A stretch of 64,000 bases of DNA from Nitrosopumilus sp. GTDB taxonomy: Archaea; Thermoproteota; Nitrososphaeria; Nitrososphaerales; Nitrosopumilaceae. Each line of letters begins with the position of its first letter. Within the stretch, counting starts at the first letter, position 1. The position numbers and the translations under genes are program-made. The stretch spans positions 1,824,001 to 1,888,000 of the forward strand of contig OZ242186.1 of the NCBI GenBank assembly GCA_965205675.1, read 5' to 3'. Below, in pieces: positions 19,597-30,156 of the stretch. The notes below the pieces were generated by a model, which saw nothing but the letters and a program-made list of their open reading frames with translations, was not told where the DNA came from and searched no databases.

Positions 19597-22500
19597 TTAT
19601 TTAGGTGGTTTTTGTCTAATGATAAAAATGAAAATCAATCCGATCGTAAATCCAATGGCTACACCAACTGCAATTCCAGCATTAAATGGTAGATCAGAAT
19701 CAGAGTTTATTTGATCTTGGGTGATGTTTGTTTTGTTTATAATTTCAGAAATTTCTTCAGATTCTATTTTAATTGGTTTAATCTCAATATCAACAGATTC
19801 AGGCGTATCAATTACTTTAGAAGAGGTGTTTGTGAATTTGGCTGCTAATGTAATTGGTTCAGTAGTTGAGGAGCCGCCAAATAAAGTTGAATGAGTCAAA
19901 AGGGTGTATGTACCTGTTTGATTAATTGGTACATAAAGAACCGTTGAAGTATCATCTTTATTTTTTACAGGGAAAAAACCTCCACCCTGACTAAAAAGTG
20001 AACTTCCTAACCAATCAAGGGATATCCATCCCAGAAAATGTCCAAATACGCCAGAAGGGACATTAGTTTGTATTATTTCTCCAGAGGGGTTCATGACAAA
20101 TACAGCAAGATTGGTATTATTATTAATCCAAGACAATTCTATTGCTGCAGAATTAATGGATTCATTTTGAATATCAAAATAATATTGCCTCCAATCACCG
20201 GCCATATAGCGATTAGCCATATCAAATGCTCCTTTAGTGTAACTGTTTCCATAAAGAACATCATCACTTTGTATTCCTTGAATTATAATTGTAGAATCAT
20301 TTGCTATTACGGGTTCTTTGATTACAAAAGAGATAGGTGCATTTACAATATGTTTATCACTTTCAAAAGTTAAAAATCCTTGATAAACTCCGGTTTGAAT
20401 GTCATTTGGGGTAACTAAAGTAACATCAACAGTAGATGATGAGTTGGGAGGAATAGAAATTATTTCATCTTCAGACCATAGTAAAGACCATTTTTCTTTC
20501 TCATAGTAGCTAGCAGAAATGGTATAATCCATAGAAGTTGAATTTTGTTTTGTATCCCCTAACCAATAGGAATATCTAGTTGGGACAGGATAAACGCCAG
20601 CTAATGGGATGCCTTCAAATTTTTCATTAGGTTCTGAAACTCTTAATTCTTGTACAGTGCCCCATGATCCAGCTCTGTTAACCATAGATAATTCATTACT
20701 AGTAATTTTTGTATCGTTATTATTATCAACCCAATCATAAAGATAAAGTGAAGAAATTTTTAGATCATCGGCATAAACATCTGCTGTATTATTCATAAAA
20801 TCTGTAAATGGGAAATTTATATTTAATACCATTAATGAGGACTCGTCAGGAATCGGATCGTCGTCGTTAAAAAAAGACAAGAGTCCAGTTTGGTTATTAA
20901 GTTCTGATAATTTTACATAGTTGGGAATGAATGTGTTAGTATCATTTAGTAGAGAGTCTTGTTGTTGTGGAATTGTTGTTCCATTAAATTGTGTCTTTGA
21001 CATTAAAGATAAAATTTGAGGTTTTACATTAACTGTTATAGTGGCATTGGTGGGATTCTCAATTGTAAATGTTGTAGTTGGGCGATCTCCTGGAAGTATT
21101 TGTCCTGCAAACCAGCCGGTCATAGGTAATGAACGCGAAGGGAAATTAAATTGTTCAAATCCAATTGATGTGAAATTAATGTTTTTGATTGCAGGTTCAA
21201 GAACATTTTTGATGTTGCCATATGAGCCATCATTATAAACTATGAAAACACCATTTTCACCATTGACATAGTCTAGAGCTGTTTCAACATTTACTAAACC
21301 AGCACCTTGAGTTAATGGATCATTATGTAAATCAGTTGCAGTAGACATGAGAATATTTTTGATTGCAAAAGAGTCATAGTCTTTGGATTGTTTTTTCATC
21401 TCTTCAATTAGAATTGCCGCACTTCCAGATACTAGAGGAGCAGACATGCTAGTGCCACCAAATAAGGAGAAAGATTCTTCTTTAGAATCTTTGTTGGCTT
21501 TTAGCATAGTTGATGGCACAAATCCATGTGCACCAATGCTCATGATATCAGGTTTAGGATCGCCAATTGAACCAGGACCTCTGCTAGAAAAATCAACTAC
21601 ATGATTGGAATGAACAGTTGTGTTTCCAAATCTAGGTTGATCTTTGAATGGTCCATATCCGACAAAAACATTATTAGTTGTTGCACCTACTGCAATTCCA
21701 AATGGTGATGCATTGGGCAATCCTATTGTTCCGTATCCATGACCTGAATTTCCTGCACTTGAAATTATTGTCACACCAGAATAATCATCATCAAGAGTGC
21801 CAGGAGTTGTTAATGCACCTAAAATTATTGATAGGATATCCATACCAGGAGATGCTTTAAACGATGGGAAATTTGAAATGCCCCAACTATTAGAAATAAT
21901 ATCCACTCTGGGTTGACCTGAAAATTTCCAAGTGTTGTCTTTGTTTTCAAATCCTGCAGCCCACAACCAACCAAATACAGTATCTCCAAACCACAATGCC
22001 TTAACTGGTACAATCTTTGCATCTGGTGCTATACCAGTTATGGAATATGTTTTTGAATTATTGTAAATATTATAAGTTTCTTGGCCGCGTGAAGTTATGG
22101 ATGCAGCACTAGATGTACCATGACCCATAAAATCAGTCATTATGCCAAAAAATTCTCCGTCTGGATCAAATGCTGGCAAGAGAGTTCCATTTAGCGCATT
22201 AAGATTTTCATCAATGTTAGTTGTGTTGTTTTTGATTGCACCATAGACATCAAGAACTTGTGCTCCAATGGTTCCAGCGCTGTAATCATTTTTACCATCA
22301 TTGTTTGAATCATAAACAAGGAATTCTTTACCACTTCCCAGTACTATTGGTTTCTCATCAGTAAAATCAAAATCATAATTTGGTTTTTTTCCTTTTTCTA
22401 AATCAAATCTGGTATAATCTTCCCAAGAAGTACTAAGATCAGGAATTATAGTATCATATACGCCGGGAGTAAAAGAATCTACAACTAGTACAGGTACAAC

Positions 22501-23391
22501 TTGTATTTTAGTAGAGGAGCCATTTGATATGCCTTGATATATAATGCCTACATGGTAAACCCCACTCTTGGATTTGATATAGTTTTTATTATCATCGCCT
22601 ATTTTCATGTCATTTAGCAAAGTCCCATTAAAAATGATTGATGAACCTAATTGCGGGAAAAATGAATTATAAATCTGAATATTGCTACCTTTGCTGCCTT
22701 GAGACACATCAAGAAATACACCATCATGCGTAACATATGCTGAAGATATCATATCTGATGGAACAGGTTTGCTGTAATTACGAATAATTTCATTGTCATC
22801 TATATATGCAAAAAAAGTTGCATTTGTAAGAATTATTCCTTGTCCATCAGGATCAAACATTATAGGATGATTGTTAGTTTCATCTCGTGCAAGTGAATGT
22901 TGTATGTCAGGATTTGAAAAATCGACTCCGGTATCAACAATTGCAATAACAGTTCCATTTCCTGATGAATTGTATTTTGTTTTAGCTAAATCAGAACCAG
23001 TGATACTACCAATTCTTGAAGCATCTTGGATTTCATCAGAGGCATGAAAATCTAGTTTAAAATCCTCAACAACATAATATCCTTGTGTAATTAAACTAGA
23101 GGCAAGAGTTTCAGACAAAACAGATACATAAAAAAATCCGTTGTTGGATTGAATTGCATGTATTGAGTTATTTTTTAGAGAATTATTATCATGTAAACTA
23201 TTACCAAAAATTAAATATCTTTTGAAATTATTTTCAGTGAAAAAATTAGAATCAATTTCTATGATATCTGAATCAAAAACCGGGGTATTTTGATCATGGT
23301 TTTTCAAATCAACAGGTATGAAAGCATGTGAATTAGTTATCATGGGAGAAACAAGTAATAACATGAAAAAGAAAATAGCCACTTTGGGCAT
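19597..23391 (-). CDS. Membrane-anchored S8 (subtilisin-like) serine peptidase
   Basis: IVDTGVD, GHGTSSA, GGTSMSAP triad; signal peptide at MPKVAIFF (23391); C-terminal TM. Confidence 0.92.
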   Translation of the reverse strand: MPKVAIFFFMLLLVSPMITNSHAFIPVDLKNHDQNTPVFDSDIIEIDSNFFTENNFKRYLIFGNSLHDNNSLKNNSIHAIQSNNGFFYVSVLSETLASSLITQGYYVVEDFKLDFHASDEIQDASRIGSITGSDLAKTKYNSSGNGTVIAIVDTGVDFSNPDIQHSLARDETNNHPIMFDPDGQGIILTNATFFAYIDDNEIIRNYSKPVPSDMISSAYVTHDGVFLDVSQGSKGSNIQIYNSFFPQLGSSIIFNGTLLNDMKIGDDNKNYIKSKSGVYHVGIIYQGISNGSSTKIQVVPVLVVDSFTPGVYDTIIPDLSTSWEDYTRFDLEKGKKPNYDFDFTDEKPIVLGSGKEFLVYDSNNDGKNDYSAGTIGAQVLDVYGAIKNNTTNIDENLNALNGTLLPAFDPDGEFFGIMTDFMGHGTSSAASITSRGQETYNIYNNSKTYSITGIAPDAKIVPVKALWFGDTVFGWLWAAGFENKDNTWKFSGQPRVDIISNSWGISNFPSFKASPGMDILSIILGALTTPGTLDDDYSGVTIISSAGNSGHGYGTIGLPNASPFGIAVGATTNNVFVGYGPFKDQPRFGNTTVHSNHVVDFSSRGPGSIGDPKPDIMSIGAHGFVPSTMLKANKDSKEESFSLFGGTSMSAPLVSGSAAILIEEMKKQSKDYDSFAIKNILMSTATDLHNDPLTQGAGLVNVETALDYVNGENGVFIVYNDGSYGNIKNVLEPAIKNINFTSIGFEQFNFPSRSLPMTGWFAGQILPGDRPTTTFTIENPTNATITVNVKPQILSLMSKTQFNGTTIPQQQDSLLNDTNTFIPNYVKLSELNNQTGLLSFFNDDDPIPDESSLMVLNINFPFTDFMNNTADVYADDLKISSLYLYDWVDNNNDTKITSNELSMVNRAGSWGTVQELRVSEPNEKFEGIPLAGVYPVPTRYSYWLGDTKQNSTSMDYTISASYYEKEKWSLLWSEDEIISIPPNSSSTVDVTLVTPNDIQTGVYQGFLTFESDKHIVNAPISFVIKEPVIANDSTIIIQGIQSDDVLYGNSYTKGAFDMANRYMAGDWRQYYFDIQNESINSAAIELSWINNNTNLAVFVMNPSGEIIQTNVPSGVFGHFLGWISLDWLGSSLFSQGGGFFPVKNKDDTSTVLYVPINQTGTYTLLTHSTLFGGSSTTEPITLAAKFTNTSSKVIDTPESVDIEIKPIKIESEEISEIINKTNITQDQINSDSDLPFNAGIAVGVAIGFTIGLIFIFIIRQKPPK

Positions 23392-23422
23392 TGATTGGTA
23401 TTCTATTCTTGTGTTATTATAA

Positions 23423-24412
23423 TTATCTTCTTCTGGCAAGGATTGCAACCTGTAAGGCAACAATAAGTCCAATAGCACCAATGATTGGCAATAATAAAGC
23501 ATTTAGCTGTGCAGAAGATTCACTAATGGATTGTGCAGAAAGTGCAAAGGTGCCAATATTTTCATCTATTTGGCTACTTGCATATTCCAAAGTAGTATCA
23601 AATCCTTTAATCTCAGATTTTAGAATATCAAGCTCTTTTGATGTTTCATCTAAAATTGTATTTAATTTAATTATTTGATCAGAGATTCCACCAAGATCTT
23701 GGCTTAGTACATTGGTAGCAGCAGACCCATGAGAAGTAGTTCCTTGACTAAAAGCGACCACATGAAATACGTGTGTTCCCTCCTCTATAGGGGTATAATC
23801 TACAAAATATAGTCCTTGATGTAATGTTTGAAATGAATTTGCCAAGGTTACAGATACTCCAGATGGAAGATGCACGTGTGTAGCATCCAATAACTCAGAA
23901 GGCTTATTTCCAACTAAAAGACCGTCACTAGTAGTCTGAACGAATACTCGTATAGGTTGTCCAATAGCTGCAGTTTCAGGAGCAAAGACCAAAGTGTTTA
24001 CAAATCTTTCTACAGTTACATCAAGTAGATCAGTTGTAGATGAGAATTTTACATCTATTTTTTCAGATATGCCATTTTGTTCTGTGCTGATTACCTCAAC
24101 GGTATATGTTCCGTAAGGAAAATTTGTCGACGGTTCTGGCCAAGTAAGTAAATCATAATTAAAAGAGCCATCATTCTCATTAGTAGTTATTTGATCAAAT
24201 TTTGCAATGGATTCATCTGGAGCAAATAATCGTATAATCAAATTTTCTTCAGGTAACCCATGACCATAAACTTGTAAATTGTGCGAAGTGGAATAGACTT
24301 TGCTGTTTGTAAATAATTCAAGTTTGATAGATGTTTCTGACTGACTAAATGAGCTTGGTATGTTGACTAGTAATAAAATTATAAAAATTGAAAATAAAAT
24401 TTGAAATTTCAT
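23423..24412 (-). CDS. Exported, C-terminally anchored hypothetical protein
   Basis: Signal peptide, Ig-like beta region, coiled coil, TM + RRR. Confidence 0.8.
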   Translation of the reverse strand: MKFQILFSIFIILLLVNIPSSFSQSETSIKLELFTNSKVYSTSHNLQVYGHGLPEENLIIRLFAPDESIAKFDQITTNENDGSFNYDLLTWPEPSTNFPYGTYTVEVISTEQNGISEKIDVKFSSTTDLLDVTVERFVNTLVFAPETAAIGQPIRVFVQTTSDGLLVGNKPSELLDATHVHLPSGVSVTLANSFQTLHQGLYFVDYTPIEEGTHVFHVVAFSQGTTSHGSAATNVLSQDLGGISDQIIKLNTILDETSKELDILKSEIKGFDTTLEYASSQIDENIGTFALSAQSISESSAQLNALLLPIIGAIGLIVALQVAILARRR

Positions 24413-24490
24413 TTTAATTAATTGGTAATCTTCTCCTAGATATTAATTACTTCTGGAAAAATTGTCTATAACTTACGTTAAGAAGGATTC

Positions 24491-24505
24491 AAAAAAAAGA
24501 AAAAA
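24491..24505 (-). terminator. Archaeal oligo-T terminator after the S-layer gene
   Basis: aaaaaaaagaaaaaa on + strand (T-tract on -) just past the stop at 24519. Confidence 0.5.
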
Positions 24506-24518
24506 GGGTTAGTTTGAA

Positions 24519-27500
24519 CTAGTTAACACTTACAGTTGTACTGATTGGTGGTGATAGAGCTGTTGGGTTATCTACTGATTCCCATACGAATGCGGTAACA
24601 GTGTATGTACCACTTTCAGTTGGATTCCAGGATACCGCTGAGCTAAATGACTGATCAGAAGATAGTGTACCGGTGAGCCAGTCTAGTTTGACTGTGACAC
24701 CATTGCCATCTTGAATCTGTACCAAGTATGCGAATGTTTGCTCTCTATCCTGACCATTTCTTAAATCAGCGCTGACTTGTACCTGTTGGTCAACGGAAAC
24801 AATATCTAAACTGTTGCCGAATGCATCAACGGCTCTCAAGTTAGTAGCTGGTACTCTCTCGAGAGGTGGTACTGTAGTGCCGATTATCGAAGTGGCAGTA
24901 ACATTAAGTTCATCTGCAGTTGTGTACGGATTTGGTAGTGTATTGTCCTCATATTCTGCGGTGACAGTGTCACCTTCTGCGACTCTGAGTCTATGACCGG
25001 ATGACTCTTCGGTGGTTGTGAAGAACACAACACCTTCGAAGATTCCAGTTGCCTCATTAGTCTCATTTACAGTAAGGTCAATACCTCCAACATCAGAATC
25101 AGACCACACATCGACACTAAAGTTGTCGACGGCTTCTGGATTCAAATTCATGTCTGGATCAATTATTCTTACAACGCCTGAGCCGCTAGCTGGATAGCTA
25201 GCTTCTAACCATTGAGTTTCACCAATATTCCATCTAATTAATGCTGAACCGACTACAGTTTCATTATCTGAGAATTCAAAAGATACTGCAAGTCCGTCAT
25301 CATCATCAGCAGGTAAGAATCCATTTGTTGGACCATCACCTCGTGGCTCTTCATCAATTACATCATTACCATTGTTATCACCAGTAGAACTGTCACCATC
25401 AGCATCATGTCTGAAACCAGTAAGGATAACCTCACCAGTGAAGATGCCTGTGTCAGTTCCAGTTTCGACTAACTTGTATTCGTCAAGTTCGGCACCTCTA
25501 GTGGAGACCTTTAATGGATCTTCATTAGTGTCGCCAATCTCATCGACCAAGTCACTGTCAAAGTTGTGATCTGGAGCTACAACAGTAATGTATACTTTGT
25601 CAGTCCAAGTGTATACTTTTTGATCAAGTTCTATAGTTGCACCAAAGTTAGAAGTAAAGACTGTCAAGTTGACATCTTCATCCTCATGACCTACATAATC
25701 TGCTCCTGATGGACCCCAATCAGTATATTCCAATTCGATTTCTTCGCCTCTTTCAAGACGATCACCGCCTAATTCTTCAGGGATTTCGATAACAATCTGG
25801 AAGATACCAGTACTGTCACCTGTCTCTCTAAAGTTACTTGGTTCAGGGTCAAATGCTGCTGCATTAGCCTCTCCACTCTGGTCTCCCATAGTGGTAGTGG
25901 CAGCGTCGCTATCCCATTCAATCAAGTCTAGGTCAAATGTTTCTGCTTGATCATTATCCAAATCAAAGTCTGGTTCAATGAGTGTCAGAATCATATCTGA
26001 GCCTATAATATAGACGGATTTGTCAGTTTGTAATACACCGTTTCTAAGGTCAAATGTTGCAGAGTCAGTAATGGTGTTTTCGTCACCGGATGCATCAGTT
26101 GGATCATTATATTCTACAGTAAGAATATCTCCTTGCAAAATACAATTTTGTGATGTTCCATTCATAATATGTGATACAGCATCATCATTACTGGCTGGAC
26201 ATTGTGTACTTGCAGGACCATCTGTAAATTCTATTGGTAGATCAAGTTCGAATATTCCTGAATCAGGTGCAGTCTCAAGGATTGGACCATACTCACGAGT
26301 ATTGTCTTGAACATTATCACCAATAGTTATGAAATCATTAGCACCTAAAGAAGCCTCTTCTGCACCTGCTGTTCCCAGCATTACAGTAGATGAACCTCTA
26401 GTGACCATGATTCTTACAGGACCATTAGTAGCATCTTCGGCAATTTGATCAGCACCACTTCCAGAGACATCATAGTCAGGATCATTAACTCTTACATGAA
26501 CAGTTAATATACCAGATTCCAAATGATGTCCTTCTTCAGTTACATCGTCATCACCAATTGCAGTTGCATGAACTGGGAATTGGGAAGGATTAGATTCACC
26601 ATTTGCACCATCATCTGGTTGTCCAAATGGAACAGGATAAACAGTTCTATCAAGTGAAACAGAACCAGTTGTGGCTCTAATTCCTGCACTGTCACCTACT
26701 TCAATTGTTTCACCAGAGGCATCTCTAAAGTCTTGATAATTAACCTCAAGATCCAAACCGGTTACAGAAACTGGTTCTTCACCAACGCCTGGACAGTATT
26801 GTTCTGGTATTTGGAAATCAGTAGTAAAGATACCGGTATCAGAACCAGTTTCTTTTAGACTACTAATCACACTACCTAAACCGCCAATGTCTGAATTTTC
26901 AGGACAATTAGATGCTGTCCATTTAGTATCATCAAATGTTACATCTAATAGAAGTGATCTGGCTTGGTCTGAAAGTGCAATAGTATCAGTTGTAGAAGTT
27001 CCATCAGTTACTACTGTATAGATATCTATAACATCACTATCGGTATTAAGATCTCTATCTTCAAGTGTGATTACAACAGTATCTGCTACTTTGTAATTAT
27101 CACCATCAAAGGAGACTATACCAGAATATGTTAGAGCATCAATTTTGTCAGAGACTTGGGTTGAAACACCTTGGCCATCTGTATCAAAGTAAATTACTTC
27201 AACTCCATCTTCATCAGTCAAATCTTCATGAACAATTATGTCCAACTCGTCACCAATGGTTTCAAGTCCACCATATGTATCTTGATCGAAGATATTGATT
27301 TGATTAAGCATTACATATTCTATTGTACCTGCATAAACACCTGTATTGACATCAGTTTCTTCTGCTTCAAATCTATAGATAGCATCGTTGTGTCTGGTTC
27401 CATCTGCTTCTTCTCCAAAAGTAAATACATCTAATGCGATATTATATGTAGTACCATTTTGGTTACCCTCAGGTAATGAAGTGGCCAATTCTATTCGTAA

Positions 27501-29681
27501 ATCTCCGGCAAATTCATTGGCAAATGTTGATGAGTTTAGATAAAAGAGGCCTTGAGGCATAACGGGGAGTGTTTCGTCACCGCCGTTAATACCATACAAA
27601 CGAATAGTTGTATCACCCAATGATCTAACATCATAGTTAACATATTGGTGAACACCTGGTTCATCCTCAAATTCGTTTAGGAAACTTGAATCAACTCCAG
27701 TGCTAATCGTGATAATTGGATTATCCGGTAATTCTGTGTCTCCTGTATTAATATTGAAGATTTTTCCAAATACTCTTTGACTCTCCTCAATGTTATCTAG
27801 AGAAGGATCAGCTATCCGCATGATTAGCGTCGTGATTTCGTTCTCTAAAGTGGTTTTTTCTGTTTCTAGATTATCTAGAGCAGCTCTCAAGTCCGCAATA
27901 CCAGCTCGTTGGGTAGAATTAAACAATCTATCAATATCTGTATCAACCTCAGCTAGCATTGCTTCTGAACTGTCAACAGCAGCTTGAGCGTTGGCAAGCG
28001 CAGTTGAGGAAGGTGAGTCGAGGTCGCCAAGAATGTCAAGTGCATTCTGATCCTCATCTAATTGATCTTGGTATGTGATTCTGTTGGCATTAAGTGAATC
28101 ATACTCAGTTCGATCAGTCTCATCAAGTTCATCAAAGATATCCTGTAAAGATGTGTTGTTACCAGCAATGAAACCAGTATTAACAGATAAATTCGCTCTT
28201 GCAGTATCTAGGCTCTCCCTTAGCATTTCATTAGTATCATCTTGAATTGTAACATCAGTTATTGCTTCAAGAGTAAATGGATTACCAATCAATACACTTG
28301 GGATTTGATCATATGTATCATCTGAAAGATTAAAGTCATCTTCTCTTAATGTGTTCTTGTTTTCATCTTGATCTCTAATAATAACTGTTAAAGGTTCGCC
28401 AGAACCCCAGTCAGATTCAATACTAGTAAGATCCAATTCAACATCACCTAAGAAGAATGAGACAAGTCTATTTACAGTCGTATCATTGTAATCTACAATA
28501 AAGTCGACATCACGAATGTCTTCGTTATCTGTTGTTCGGATAATTGAATCATGATTGTTATCTGTACTGGAAAACACACCACTATTTGGATTTGTTTCCT
28601 GGACAGTAACAAGTTGGGCATCGACATTTAGTGTACCATTGAATACAGCATCATTATATAATGGTGTAGCATTTTGATCATCGTTATCACCAAATAGTAA
28701 TACTAGATCAGAATTTGGACTAGGATTGATAATTAGAAAACCATTGTCGCCATAATCTGCTTCATTTAATGCGTCTTCATAGTTAATTAAATTATCTATA
28801 TTGTCACCTAGTGTAGACGTTCCACTTTCACTAAAGATTCTATAGTATGCATCATTTGATCCATTTGTGGCAAATGTCCAAATATCCTCATCAGTAGGAT
28901 CAATGTTTAATTGATTGTCACTGATGGTTAAATGAACATCTGCATTATGTGGATAGGTATCTCTATCAAAAGAGAAATCTGCAAAGTCATCCATAGAATC
29001 TTCATAGCTTATGTTAATCTGTTGTGAGTTACCGCCTGTATTGTAAATTACTTCGACGTTTGAATCATCGGCAAAGTCATCAAATGTTTGAATGAAAGGC
29101 CAGAATGCTGTATTATTTAGTCCAGCGTTACCAAGAGTAACAAAGGTACTAAATACATCAGTTGGTTCTTTTGCATTTCCAAGTACATTGATTACACCGG
29201 GATTAATTGTCCCTGCAGTTGTATTACACGTATTTGCATTTACATAAACAGTAGCGCTAGCGTCAAAGTCTGCGTCAATAATGTTATTAGCTTGTTCACT
29301 AGGACATATAGTACCAAAGTCTAAGCCAACACCAACATCAGCAGTACCAACATCATCAACAATTGCTACATTGCCTTGATGGGCAACATAAGCATACCAA
29401 TATCCATCAGTGGCTTGAATTAATCTTAATTCATTACCATTAATAGTTACGTCAGGTTCAGCCTCATTCTCATCAGTTTGTGAGTAATTAGGATCTCTAA
29501 CTATAACTTCAACGATCATTGGTCCACCAAATGTGGTGGTTGACACATACAGATTTGCAGTAGATTTTGAATCAGCACTAACATCAGGAATGACACCTGG
29601 AATTGCAAAGGTTAAACCCCCTGCGACCATGATGGTCATAAGTGTTAGACTAGTTATTTTTCGTAGTTTTTCGTTATACAT
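24519..29681 (-). CDS. Major S-layer protein (Nitrosopumilus type)
   Basis: 1720 aa, highly acidic; KITSLTLMTIMVAGGLTFAIPG signal; repeated ETGxxTGIF Ig-like motifs; C-terminal TAFVWESVDNPTALSPP. Confidence 0.9.
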   Translation of the reverse strand: MYNEKLRKITSLTLMTIMVAGGLTFAIPGVIPDVSADSKSTANLYVSTTTFGGPMIVEVIVRDPNYSQTDENEAEPDVTINGNELRLIQATDGYWYAYVAHQGNVAIVDDVGTADVGVGLDFGTICPSEQANNIIDADFDASATVYVNANTCNTTAGTINPGVINVLGNAKEPTDVFSTFVTLGNAGLNNTAFWPFIQTFDDFADDSNVEVIYNTGGNSQQINISYEDSMDDFADFSFDRDTYPHNADVHLTISDNQLNIDPTDEDIWTFATNGSNDAYYRIFSESGTSTLGDNIDNLINYEDALNEADYGDNGFLIINPSPNSDLVLLFGDNDDQNATPLYNDAVFNGTLNVDAQLVTVQETNPNSGVFSSTDNNHDSIIRTTDNEDIRDVDFIVDYNDTTVNRLVSFFLGDVELDLTSIESDWGSGEPLTVIIRDQDENKNTLREDDFNLSDDTYDQIPSVLIGNPFTLEAITDVTIQDDTNEMLRESLDTARANLSVNTGFIAGNNTSLQDIFDELDETDRTEYDSLNANRITYQDQLDEDQNALDILGDLDSPSSTALANAQAAVDSSEAMLAEVDTDIDRLFNSTQRAGIADLRAALDNLETEKTTLENEITTLIMRIADPSLDNIEESQRVFGKIFNINTGDTELPDNPIITISTGVDSSFLNEFEDEPGVHQYVNYDVRSLGDTTIRLYGINGGDETLPVMPQGLFYLNSSTFANEFAGDLRIELATSLPEGNQNGTTYNIALDVFTFGEEADGTRHNDAIYRFEAEETDVNTGVYAGTIEYVMLNQINIFDQDTYGGLETIGDELDIIVHEDLTDEDGVEVIYFDTDGQGVSTQVSDKIDALTYSGIVSFDGDNYKVADTVVITLEDRDLNTDSDVIDIYTVVTDGTSTTDTIALSDQARSLLLDVTFDDTKWTASNCPENSDIGGLGSVISSLKETGSDTGIFTTDFQIPEQYCPGVGEEPVSVTGLDLEVNYQDFRDASGETIEVGDSAGIRATTGSVSLDRTVYPVPFGQPDDGANGESNPSQFPVHATAIGDDDVTEEGHHLESGILTVHVRVNDPDYDVSGSGADQIAEDATNGPVRIMVTRGSSTVMLGTAGAEEASLGANDFITIGDNVQDNTREYGPILETAPDSGIFELDLPIEFTDGPASTQCPASNDDAVSHIMNGTSQNCILQGDILTVEYNDPTDASGDENTITDSATFDLRNGVLQTDKSVYIIGSDMILTLIEPDFDLDNDQAETFDLDLIEWDSDAATTTMGDQSGEANAAAFDPEPSNFRETGDSTGIFQIVIEIPEELGGDRLERGEEIELEYTDWGPSGADYVGHEDEDVNLTVFTSNFGATIELDQKVYTWTDKVYITVVAPDHNFDSDLVDEIGDTNEDPLKVSTRGAELDEYKLVETGTDTGIFTGEVILTGFRHDADGDSSTGDNNGNDVIDEEPRGDGPTNGFLPADDDDGLAVSFEFSDNETVVGSALIRWNIGETQWLEASYPASGSGVVRIIDPDMNLNPEAVDNFSVDVWSDSDVGGIDLTVNETNEATGIFEGVVFFTTTEESSGHRLRVAEGDTVTAEYEDNTLPNPYTTADELNVTATSIIGTTVPPLERVPATNLRAVDAFGNSLDIVSVDQQVQVSADLRNGQDREQTFAYLVQIQDGNGVTVKLDWLTGTLSSDQSFSSAVSWNPTESGTYTVTAFVWESVDNPTALSPPISTTVSVN

Positions 29682-30156
29682 GTTATTAACACCTTTTTTC
29701 CAAAAGCGTATTTAAATTAAATGGACGATTGATCCACAGGGCTGGGAGACGGCAGATCAACAGTAGGATACATGGACATCACCAAAAATAAGATATATTC
29801 CACCATTGGTACAATCACATCAAAGTTTCACGATATATTAGATTTGAATAGTATGTGGAAAACACCACCTACACACAGATAATAATAAGAAAATACGCAC
29901 ACATCATACTAAAAAGATAACAAGTGAAACACTCTGAATACTGAAATATTACAAGTACTCATAAAGTGGTGAAATAATTTATGAAAAGAACAAACAAATC
30001 ATCCACAATTACTCTATTTTTTATAATTATGATACTAAATTCTTAAATTTAATATAATTTTTATAAAAATTAATCATGATAATCATATTTTATCTCATAA
30101 GATCTGATCGTCATATTTTTTTAGATTTTATACATAATTTATGAAGTTTTTTTAGT

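Noticed and set aside
29700-30150. Long intergenic region upstream of the S-layer gene with a short GC-rich ttgatc…gatcaa hairpin, as an ncRNA
   Set aside because: A 6-bp stem only, with no recognisable RNA family
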